A DNA stretch of 64,000 bases from an uncultured Thermoplasmata archaeon (lineage in GTDB: Archaea > Thermoplasmatota > Thermoplasmata > Lutacidiplasmatales > UBA184): NCBI GenBank assembly GCA_963787975.1, contig CAWBEU010000008.1:29583-93582 (forward strand). Direction: 5' to 3'. Every line of letters starts with the position of its first letter. Within the stretch, counting starts at the first letter, position 1. The notes beneath the pieces were generated by a model. It searched no databases and was not told the origin of the DNA. It saw nothing but the letters and a program-made list of their open reading frames with translations. Below are positions 56,010-64,000 of the stretch, piece by piece. Made by a program: the position numbers and the translations under genes.

Positions 56010-56490
56010 GAACCGCACCCTCCTCGGGGGTTTGTTCGGAGGCATCCTCGGCACTTCGGGTATGATCCTCCTGGGAATCGTGGCGGAAGGGGGAGCTGGC
56101 GTGTCCCTCTCTCGGCTCGTACCGGAGTTGGAACTCGGGTTCGGGGGCCCCTTGGCCGGCGCGGGGGTCCTCGGACCCGACTTCTCGCTTCCAGTCCACT
56201 ATCTCCACGGGGTCGTCTTGGGCCTCCTGTTTGCCGGGATCATCCTCCTGGGGGAGCACTTCCGAGTCGCGCCCCGGGTCCCCCTCTGGTCCAGCGGTCT
56301 GGTCTTCGGCGCCGTCGTCTCGGGAATCGTCCTGGTCCTGCTGGCGGTGACTACGAGCGTCGCCCTGAGCCCCGGGCTCATCGGGCTCGTGTCCCTCTTG
56401 CACCTCACATTTGGAGGATTGGCCGGGTCCCTCCTTCCGCGGGTGCGTGCCGGTTCTATTCCGGCGAGCGTGGTATCGGTCTCGACGTAG
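55939..56490 (+). CDS. Hypothetical membrane protein
   Basis: Gly/Leu-rich multi-TM ORF. The real start is more likely TTG at 56023 or ATG near 56061, after the DCC stop. Confidence 0.5.
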   Translation: MPTTASGSIDGPVDALPRESPTRRNRTLLGGLFGGILGTSGMILLGIVAEGGAGVSLSRLVPELELGFGGPLAGAGVLGPDFSLPVHYLHGVVLGLLFAGIILLGEHFRVAPRVPLWSSGLVFGAVVSGIVLVLLAVTTSVALSPGLIGLVSLLHLTFGGLAGSLLPRVRAGSIPASVVSVST

Positions 56491-56510
56491 GAGCCGGACT
56501 CGTCGGGATC

Positions 56511-59263
56511 CTACGATCCCGGCGCTCTGGCCATCCGATTCAGAACGTAGGGGAGGATTCCGCCGGCCCGATAGTACGCCATCTCGGGCTCGGAGTCGAT
56601 CCGGCAGCGGGCCCGAAACCGGCGTTCCGCCGCGGCATCGTCCGTCGCGACCACCTCGATCTCTGTACGGGGGCCGAACGTGGTCCCTTTGGGAATCCGG
56701 AGAGCGAACCGTTCGCGACCGGTCAGATGTAGCGACTTTGCGCTCTCCCCGGGGAGGAACTCGAGGGGCAGCACGCCCATGCCGACGAGATTGCTCCGGT
56801 GGATCCGCTCGTAGCTCTGGGCGATGACGGCCTCTACGCCCAGCAGGCGCGGCCCCTTCGCGGCCCAATCGCGGGAGCTTCCCTGTCCATAGCTGGCGCC
56901 GGCGAGCACTACCTAGCGGGACCTTCTCGGTCCGGTACCGTTCGGCCGCGTCGTACACCGAAAGGAGGTCGCCCGACGGGAGATGGCGGGTCCAGCCGCC
57001 CTCCTTCGGCGCGGCGAGGGCGTTCTGGATCCGCACATTGGCGAAGGTCCCCCGGATCATGACCTCGTGGTTTCCCCGGCGCGTCCCAAAGGTGTTGAAC
57101 TCGGCGGGCAGCACGCCATGGTCCTGGAGGTATCGTCCGGCGGGGCCGTCGGCCGGGATCTTCCGGCTGGTGAGATGTGATCCGTGGAGACCCGGTCGCC
57201 GAGCACGACGAGGGCGCGGGCTCCCTCGAGCAGCCGGTCTCCCTGCGGGAGGAGCGGTGGGGGCAGGTCGAAGTAGGGCGGGTCGCGGAGGTAGGTCGAC
57301 GCCGGGTCCCACGGATAGACGGCCCCCTCGATGTCCGGCAGCGCTTCCCAGTGCGGGTCGCCGACCGTGATCTTCCGGTACTCGTCCACGTACATGCCGG
57401 CGTTGAGGCTCTTTTCGACCAGCGCCTGGATCTCCTGGGGCGGGGGCCAGAGGTCCCGCAGGAAGACCGGTCGGCCCTCGCGGTCCTTCCCGAGCGGCTC
57501 CGTGGTCAGGTCGATGTCCATGCGGCCGGCGAGCGCGTAGGCGACGACCAACATCGGCGACATGAGGTAGTTCGCCCGCACGAGGTTGTGGATGCGGGCC
57601 TCGAAGTTCCGGTTCCCACTGAGGACCGCCGCGACGTACAGGTCGCCGTCCCGAACCGCCGTTTCGACCGCTGGGGGGAGGGGCCCCGCGTTGCCGATGC
57701 AGGTCGTGCAACCGTAGCCCACGAGATTGAAGCCGAGGGCGTTGAGGGACGGCGTCAGCCCCGCCCGGTCCAGGTAGTCGGTCACGACCTTGGAGCCGGG
57801 CGCCAGGGAGGTCTTCACGTAGGGCGGCGGGTGGAGGCCCTTCGCGTGAGCTTTCTGGGCGATCAATCCCGCGCCGACCATAACGGAAGGATTGGAGGTG
57901 TTGGTGCAACTCGTGATGGCGGCGATCACCACCGTCCCGTCGTGGACCCGCCCGTTCGCTGGAGCGGTCGACGGACTCTCGTCGATCGGGCCGGCTTGGA
58001 GCGGGTCATCGGCCGGGTAGTCGAGCTGCGCCTCCGCGGGCGCCGGGTGGGTCGACCGATAGGACGCGAGCCCGGCGCGGAAGGAGGACGGGGCCTGGGC
58101 GAGCGGAACGCTTTCCTCGGGATTCCGGGGCCGGAAACCGTGGACACGATTGACCCGAGGTCCAGCTCGAGCCGTTCGTCGAACTCGAGGTCTACCTTGT
58201 GGGGCGCGTTCCATAGGCCTTGTCGTCGCGCGTACGCCTCGACCCGCGCGATCAGGCGCGCCGGCCGACCGGTGCCGCGGAGGTAGGATAGCGTCGCGTC
58301 GTCGATGGGAAAGAGGGCAGAGGTCGCCCCGTACTCGGGACACATATTGGAGATCGTGGCGCGGTCGGGCACCGTGAGGTGGCGGAGCCCCGGCCCGTAG
58401 AATTCGACAAACTTGTCGACGACGCCGTGTTCCCTCAGCTTCCGGGCGATGGTCAGCACGAGGTCCGTTGCGGTCGCCCCCGACGGCAGCTCGCCCGACA
58501 AACGGACTCCCACCACGGTGGGGAGCGAGAGGAAGTACGGCTCCCCGAGCATCGCGGCTTCGGCCTCGATGCCGCCGACGCCCCAACCCAGTACGCCGAG
58601 ACCGTTCACCATCGTGGTGTGGGAATCCGTACCAATCAGGGTGTCCGGGAAGACCTCCGCGACGCCGTTTCGCTCGCGACGGGCCACGACGGAAGCGATG
58701 TACTCGAGGTTGACCTGGTGAACGATACCGTTGCCGGGAGGCACCACGCGGAATTCTCGAAAGGCCGTCCGCGCCCAACGTAGGAGTCCGTATCGCTCGG
58801 AGTTCCGTTGGTACTCGTGGTCGAGGTTTATCAGCAGAGAACCGGATTTTCCATAGCTATCGACCTGGACCGAGTGGTCCACCACGAGGTCGACCGGAAC
58901 ATTCGGATTCACCCGGGCCGGGTCGACGTGGCCGCGGAGAGCCGCGGACCGCAGACCCGTCAGGTCCACCAGGACCGGAACCCCGGTAAAGTCCTGGAGC
59001 AAGATCCGCTCGGGCCGGAACGGGACCTCCGACGCCGGTCCTGTTCTATCCCCACTGGCGAGGCGGCGCAGAAGCGACGCGTCCTCCGCCGATCCGGTCG
59101 AGTGCCGAAGGAGGTTCTCCAGCAAGATCCGAACGGTCTTCGGTCGACGTGCTAGCTTCGCCGGGTCGACTCCGGGGATCTTGTCAAGGGCGTAGAGAAC
59201 GGAAGCCTCTCCGTCGACCTCGAAGGCTTCGGCAACTCCCCATGGACCCGCAGCCTTCGCCAT
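56511..59263 (-). pseudogene. acnA: Aconitate hydratase (AcnA type) broken into four frame segments by three single-base indels
   Basis: Continuous aconitase sequence can be followed through ORF 57926..59263 (to about 58128), ORF 57057..58778 (about 57163..58127), ORF 55705..57909 (about 56914..57162) and ORF 56511..56909. Motifs: IGTDSHTTM, ITSCTNTSNP, GCTTCIGN, STDHISPAG, RGNHEVMIRGTFAN. Confidence 0.85.
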
Positions 59264-59470
59264 AGTCCCCTTCCCCCAGATACGACCGGGTGGGCCAGAC
59301 TCCGGGCTCTTATTCGGTTTCGTCCGGCCGCGCGCTGCGGTACGCTGGCACGCGGCAGCGAGGCCGGACTAACGGCGGGCGGCCTCCTACCGGGGCCCCG
59401 CGAGGGTGAGTTCCGGTTTACTCCAGCCTTATGGGGCCGGCCCCCCGACTCTTCCGCACGAGCTTTCCGC

Positions 59471-61024
59471 ATGTGGAACGTGCCTCGCTTCGTGGGTACT
59501 ATCATTGACCCTGAGCGGCCAATGGGCGTCGCGGTGCTGGACCGCCAGGGCCGCCTCAGGTCCGCCAACGCAGCCATGCTCGAACTCCTCGGGGGTGGAC
59601 CGGGCCTGCTGAGCACGAGCCTGCTCGAGCTCACCGAGTTCGCGGATGCAGGCCTCCAACCGGCTCTCGAGAGGGCGCTGAGGGAAAGTCAGGCCAGCTC
59701 CATCCGCGCCACGCGGTTCAAGAACCGCGCCGGAAGGGAGCTCCTGCTCGACGCGGAATTCCATCCCATCTTCGCGGCCGACGGGGATGTCCAAGAAGTG
59801 ATCCTGCTCTTCAGCGATGTCACAGCCGGCCCGTATCAGGCCGGCCGGGCCGCGATGTTCTACCAGGCGTTCCTCCACAGCAGCAACGCGATCGAGATCA
59901 CCGACCGCGACGGAGTGTATGTCGACGTGAACCCCGCATTCGAGCGGATCTACGGCTATCGGCGGGAGGAGATCGTCGGCCAGCGCCCCCGGTTGATCTC
60001 GAGTCCCAAGACTCCGCGTCATGTCTTCACCGAAATGTGGGCGGCGATCAGCGACCCCGTGCGCGGCGAGTGGGCGGGAGAGATCATCAACGTGGACCGG
60101 AACGGGCGGGAACACCCCGTCGTCCTCGAGGTGAGCGGCCTGCGCAACGCCCAAGGGGAATTGACCTATTTCGTGGGGGTGGCTACCGACCTCAGCGAGC
60201 TCAAGCTGCTCCAGCTGCAGAGCATCCGGGCCGAGCGTCTCGCGTCCCTCGGACAGCTCGCCGCCGGGGTCGCGCACGAGCTCAACACGCCTCTCGCGAA
60301 CATCATGCTCATCGCGGAGTCGCTGCAGCGACGCGCCCCGTCGGACTGGGTCGCGTCCCGGGCGCAGAGCGTCATCAGCCAGGTGGACGTGGCGTCCCGG
60401 GTCGTCGCGGGTCTGCTCGATTTCGGACGGTATCATTCCCCGGTCACCGAACAGGCCGAGTTGACCCCGCTCATCGGGGAGGCAATCCAGTTCGTTCGGG
60501 GTAAGCGGGCGCCCGATGTCAAGGTCGTGGCCGCCCTGGATACCCCGGGGCTGCACATCCCGGTCAACCGGGTCCAGATCCTCCAGGTCTTCGTGAACAT
60601 CCTCAGCAACGCCTACGATGCCATGGACGACCGTGGGCAGATCCGGATCGAGAGTCGGGTCGCCGGGGAATGGGTCGAGGTCACCATCACCGACAGCGGA
60701 CCCGGCATCCCCGATGCCGTGCTGCCTCACATCTTCGAACCGTTCTTCACCACCAAGACGGATGGCAAGGGCACCGGGCTTGGGCTCGCGATATGCCATG
60801 GCATCGTGACGAGCCACGGGGGAACGCTCTCGGTGCAGACCGTCCTGGGAAAGGGGACCACCTTCACCATCCGTCTTCCGCTGGTCTCGCCGAAGGCTGG
60901 GGCCCGGCCGTCGGCGGCGCCGCCCTCCAGTCCCGCTGTGAACCGACCGCCCAGAGTTAAAACAAGAACCGCTTCCCCCCGCGATGCGCATCCTCGTGGT
61001 CGACGACGACCCGCTGTTCCGTGA
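59471..61024 (+). CDS. Cytoplasmic sensor histidine kinase with two PAS domains
   Basis: H-box GVAHELNTPL, N-box NILSNAYDAM, G1 DSGPGI, G2 GTGLGLAI. Two PAS-like modules lie upstream. No TM segment is present. Confidence 0.9.
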   Translation: MWNVPRFVGTIIDPERPMGVAVLDRQGRLRSANAAMLELLGGGPGLLSTSLLELTEFADAGLQPALERALRESQASSIRATRFKNRAGRELLLDAEFHPIFAADGDVQEVILLFSDVTAGPYQAGRAAMFYQAFLHSSNAIEITDRDGVYVDVNPAFERIYGYRREEIVGQRPRLISSPKTPRHVFTEMWAAISDPVRGEWAGEIINVDRNGREHPVVLEVSGLRNAQGELTYFVGVATDLSELKLLQLQSIRAERLASLGQLAAGVAHELNTPLANIMLIAESLQRRAPSDWVASRAQSVISQVDVASRVVAGLLDFGRYHSPVTEQAELTPLIGEAIQFVRGKRAPDVKVVAALDTPGLHIPVNRVQILQVFVNILSNAYDAMDDRGQIRIESRVAGEWVEVTITDSGPGIPDAVLPHIFEPFFTTKTDGKGTGLGLAICHGIVTSHGGTLSVQTVLGKGTTFTIRLPLVSPKAGARPSAAPPSSPAVNRPPRVKTRTASPRDAHPRGRRRPAVP

Positions 61025-62075
61025 GGAGCTGACCACCCTCCTCGCCGATGAGGGACACACCACCTTCGCGGCCCCTTCGGTCCGGCGGGCCCTCGAGCTC
61101 CTGGAAAGCGAGAGCGTCGATGTCCTGTTCACCGACCTCAAGATGCCGCGCCAGAGCGGCCTCGAGCTCCTCGCCGAGGTCCGACGGCGCTGGCCCGGTA
61201 TCTTTACGGTAATGGTCACCGGCTTCGCGACCGTCCCGACCGCCGTCGAGGCGATGAAGGAGGGAGCGTTCGACTACATCGCCAAGCCCTTCCGGAGCAC
61301 CCAGCTCCAACAGGTCGTGCACCTGATTGAGGAGCAGCGGAGCTTTCAGGACGCGCACCTCCCAACGGGCACCGCCGCGGAACTGGCACGGGACCTGACC
61401 CGACGCTGGAAGGTCCCGATACTGTACGCGGACGTTCCGCCCGCCCCCCGAGGCGAGGACCTCGAGTTCCTCGCCTTTGACGGAACATCGCCCTCGGACC
61501 TGCCCCACGCCCTCGACGACTTCCTGCTCCACCATCCCGGTGGAGGGCTCGTCATCGCTCGGGTAGACCGCATGCTGGAGAACCACCGGCTCGACGACAT
61601 CGTCGCAATTCTTCATCAGCTTCGACAGCGGCTGGAGGGCCGGGGCCCGTTCGCGATCAGCCTGGACCCCTCCCGGATCTCCCAGACCCAGGCGGAGGCG
61701 CTGCGCACCACCGTGACCGCCCCGGCCGTGCAGACGGCGATTGAAGCGCTCTCCAGCCCGATCCGGCGGCGGGTACTGTTCCGGTTGACCAAAGGGCCGG
61801 CGAGCTTCAGCGAGGCCATGCATGCGGCCGAGCTGGACGATTCCCCCAAGCTGGCGTTTCACATGCACCGGCTGATCGACGAAGGCCTGATCGTCCATCT
61901 GCACGAGCAGTATCGGCTGACACCGAAGGGCCAGAGCGCCGTGACGATTCTCCACGAAATGGAGAACGTGGCCGCGGGGAAGGGGGCCCGAACCTTCGTC
62001 TACCAGACGCCCTCTCCTGCACCCCCGTCGCCCCCCCCGAAGAGTGCCGGCGGGCGACGGGTCAAGGATCATTGA
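60984..62075 (+). CDS. Response regulator: REC domain, DUF835-like middle domain, C-terminal ArsR-type wHTH
   Basis: REC: MRILVVDDDP...DVLFTDLKMP...VMVTGF. Middle: PSDLPHALDDFLLHHPGGGLVIARVDRMLENHRL...AISLDP (DUF835-like pattern). C-terminus: LSSPIRRRVLFRLTKGPASFSEAMHAAELDDSPKLAFHMHRLIDEGLI. Confidence 0.75.
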   Translation: MRILVVDDDPLFREELTTLLADEGHTTFAAPSVRRALELLESESVDVLFTDLKMPRQSGLELLAEVRRRWPGIFTVMVTGFATVPTAVEAMKEGAFDYIAKPFRSTQLQQVVHLIEEQRSFQDAHLPTGTAAELARDLTRRWKVPILYADVPPAPRGEDLEFLAFDGTSPSDLPHALDDFLLHHPGGGLVIARVDRMLENHRLDDIVAILHQLRQRLEGRGPFAISLDPSRISQTQAEALRTTVTAPAVQTAIEALSSPIRRRVLFRLTKGPASFSEAMHAAELDDSPKLAFHMHRLIDEGLIVHLHEQYRLTPKGQSAVTILHEMENVAAGKGARTFVYQTPSPAPPSPPPKSAGGRRVKDH

Positions 62076-62123
62076 CCCCGCTCGCTAATAACGGCGAAAG
62101 AAATCCTCTGCTTCGAGACGGAC

Positions 62124-62729
62124 ATGGTCGAATTCGTACGCAAGCGGGAGGTGGAGCAGAGCTGGCTGGTCCAGCATTCTGAGTCCCTCAAGACCGCCTT
62201 CCGCGTAATTCTCGGTCTCGTCTGGCTCATCGACGGCGGTCTGAAGTTTTCCCCGGGACTCGTGGGGAAGTTTTCTGGCCTGGTGACTACCGCCGGGCAA
62301 GGCCAGCCGGCGTGGCTGCACCCGTGGTTCTCCTTCTGGGCCAGCCAGGCCGCCGCTCAGCCGGCGTTCTGGGTCTACACTACGGGCACCCTGGAGCTCG
62401 CCCTCGCGTTCTGCCTGATCTTCGGATTCCTCCGAAAGATTGCCTACCTCGGGGGGATCCTGATGAGCCTGCTGATCTGGGCCGTGCCCGAAGGTTTCGG
62501 GGGACCGTACGGCCCGGGGTCGACCGACATCGGTACCGGGGTGGTCTACGCGCTCATGTTTGTCGCGCTGATCCTGTTCAACGCGGGCTATGGACCCAGC
62601 CGCTGGAGCCTCGACTACTACATCGAGCTGAGGTGGCCACGGTGGGGCGTGGTGGCGGAGTTCCAGAAGCTCGTCCCACCCGAGGACCTGGATTCCCTCC
62701 CGGTGGAACAAGAACCGCATGGAACGTAG
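62124..62729 (+). CDS. DoxX-family membrane protein
   Basis: A 201-aa four-TM protein with a DoxX-like pattern (ILGLVWLIDGGLKF, ELALAFCLIFGF). Confidence 0.65.
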   Translation: MVEFVRKREVEQSWLVQHSESLKTAFRVILGLVWLIDGGLKFSPGLVGKFSGLVTTAGQGQPAWLHPWFSFWASQAAAQPAFWVYTTGTLELALAFCLIFGFLRKIAYLGGILMSLLIWAVPEGFGGPYGPGSTDIGTGVVYALMFVALILFNAGYGPSRWSLDYYIELRWPRWGVVAEFQKLVPPEDLDSLPVEQEPHGT

Positions 62730-62898
62730 GGGCCGCCGTCCCTGCGTCAAGCGCGCTTGATGGGACCTATTTGTTCCCGGGCCCGGAATCGGGGGTGTCG
62801 GGTCATCGACCGCCCTGCTGTCGCAGCCGGTAGGTCGGGAGGAGGCCCGGCACCGAGGGCCGGGACGAAATTCCGTGTATAGACTCCCTAAAGGAGCC

Positions 62899-64000
62899 TC
62901 AAAGAAGGCCTATTACCCGGCCCTCGGACGTCAGGTCGATCTGCTCCGCCAGCGGTCGCCGGGGCAGACCCGGCATCGTCTGGATCTCTCCCAAGTAGGC
63001 CACCGTGAAGCCGGCCCCGGCCGACCGGGTGAACCGGTGCACCGTGGGGATGAAGCCGGTCGGCCGACCGCGGACGGTCGGATCGTCCGAGAGCGACAAC
63101 GGGGTCTTGGCGACGCAGACGGGACCGCCCGTCTCGCCGATCCGTCGAAGCGTTGCCAGGGTTTCGGTCGCCTCGGCGGATAGAGAGACCCCCGCGCCCC
63201 CGTAGATCTGTCGAACGATCCGGTCGAGGGTTTCCTCGATCGGAGTCTCGGGCGCGTAGAGCGGTTTGCTGTGCCCCCCTCGGGCGCACACCTCCACGAC
63301 CCGGGTCGCCAGCTCCTGCGCACCGGCGGCTCCATCCACGAAGGCCGTCGATTCTGCGAACGCCAGATCTCGCTCCTGGCAGAACTGCTTCAGCAAGGTG
63401 AGTTCCCCGTCGGTGTCTCCCGGGAACCGATTCGCCACGACCACGGGCTCGATGCCTAGGGTTCGAAGGTTCCCCACGTGCTGTTCGAGGTTCGCCAAGC
63501 CCCGGCTGACGGCCGCCGGGTCCGGCGAACCGAGCTGCTCGTCGGGAACCCCACCGTGCCATCGGAGGCCCCGGAGTGTCGCGACGAGGACGGCTCCGGC
63601 CACGTCGAGCCCGGTGAGCGGACCGACGATGTCCACGAACTTCTCGGCGCCGAGGTCGGTGGCGAACCCGGCTTCGACGACGCAGTAGTCCGAGGTGGCC
63701 TGACCCAGCTCGATCGACAGTCGGCTGCAGGTTCCGTGAGCGATGTTGGCGAACGGCCCGCCATGGATCAGCGCCGGAGTACCGTCCCGGGCCTGGAGCA
63801 GGTTGGGCTCGAGCGCAAACCGCAAGAGCGCACAGGCGGACCCCGTCGCCTTGAGGTCACTGACCCGCACGGGCTCCCCGGTCTTTCGGAACCCGAGGAG
63901 AATTCGGCCGATCCGATCCCGGAGGTCGGCATAGTCCTTCGCCAGCCCGAGGATGGCGCTGATTTCGGATGCGGCCGTGATAACGAAACTTCCCTTCTGG
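62899..64000 (-). CDS. fhs: Formate--tetrahydrofolate ligase (C-terminal ~365 codons; the 5' end lies beyond the window)
   Basis: GGPFANIAHGTCS signature. The frame is open from 63870 to the window edge (..LGLAKDYADLRDRIGRILLGFRKTGEPV..). Confidence 0.9.
   Translation of the reverse strand, partial: QKGSFVITAASEISAILGLAKDYADLRDRIGRILLGFRKTGEPVRVSDLKATGSACALLRFALEPNLLQARDGTPALIHGGPFANIAHGTCSRLSIELGQATSDYCVVEAGFATDLGAEKFVDIVGPLTGLDVAGAVLVATLRGLRWHGGVPDEQLGSPDPAAVSRGLANLEQHVGNLRTLGIEPVVVANRFPGDTDGELTLLKQFCQERDLAFAESTAFVDGAAGAQELATRVVEVCARGGHSKPLYAPETPIEETLDRIVRQIYGGAGVSLSAEATETLATLRRIGETGGPVCVAKTPLSLSDDPTVRGRPTGFIPTVHRFTRSAGAGFTVAYLGEIQTMPGLPRRPLAEQIDLTSEGRVIGLL

Noticed and set aside
52936-56490. 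An integrase or other mobility gene associated with the tRNA-Val repeat
   Set aside because: None of the ORFs on either side shows tyrosine- or serine-recombinase motifs. The island hypothesis therefore rests only on the 25-nt repeat.
56905-56920. A TAG at the third aconitase break (CCGCTAGGTAGTG), considered as possible pyrrolysine or read-through recoding
   Set aside because: The TAG is only in frame in the downstream frame, and the residues before it in that frame are non-homologous. Deleting one G restores ..EKVPLVVLAGASYG.. exactly, so an indel explains it. No pyl genes were seen.
59429-61219. A 596-aa minus-strand ORF
   Set aside because: It is antisense to the histidine kinase. This is the same GC-rich antisense artefact as 47387..48985 (antisense to ubiD), 41739..42875 (antisense to hef) and 38004..39044.

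Overview
This is a GC-rich archaeal chromosomal segment (roughly two-thirds G+C by eye, not computed). It is gene-dense on both strands, with about 70 protein genes and two tRNAs. The archaeal assignment rests on Rpo7, Spt4, Rpo11, TFS, ribosomal proteins S24e and S27ae, Alba, type-II GAPDH, archaeosine synthase, the DUF359 dephospho-CoA kinase and DUF373. The proteins are not acidic, so this is probably not a haloarchaeon; a Thermoplasmatota-like euryarchaeal lineage is only a guess.

Most of the content is housekeeping. It includes the conserved rps27ae-rps24e-DPCK-spt4-rpo7 cluster, gap, gdhA, proS, asnS, tfs, purD, rpo11, kptA, dut, thiL, ubiD-ubiA, arcS, aconitase and fhs. There are also four ABC-2 exporter ATPase/permease pairs in three clusters, two of which sit next to a small wHTH regulator (MarR, PadR). 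The rest is assorted methyltransferases, VOC, HIT, GNAT and DoxX genes.

Unusual or accessory items:
- A solo TnpB (IS200/IS605 OrfB-type) lies next to the rpo7 operon.
- tRNA-Val has its last 25 nt repeated 683 bp downstream, which looks like an att scar.
- An AAA/TPR STAND-like NTPase is present.
- A PAS histidine kinase is paired with a REC-DUF835-like-wHTH regulator.
- A perfect 11-bp-stem hairpin and repeat motif sit in front of rpo11.
- S24e and Rpo7 carry low-complexity tails.

The most pervasive signal is that at least six conserved genes, including S24e and aconitase (three times), are interrupted by single-base indels, mostly in short C/G runs. I read this as probable assembly or base-calling error rather than biology, but the sequence alone cannot decide.

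I saw no rRNA, CRISPR array, cas genes, integrase or recognisable defence operon. I did not find a convincing novel multi-gene system. The best leads are listed as findings with modest interest scores.
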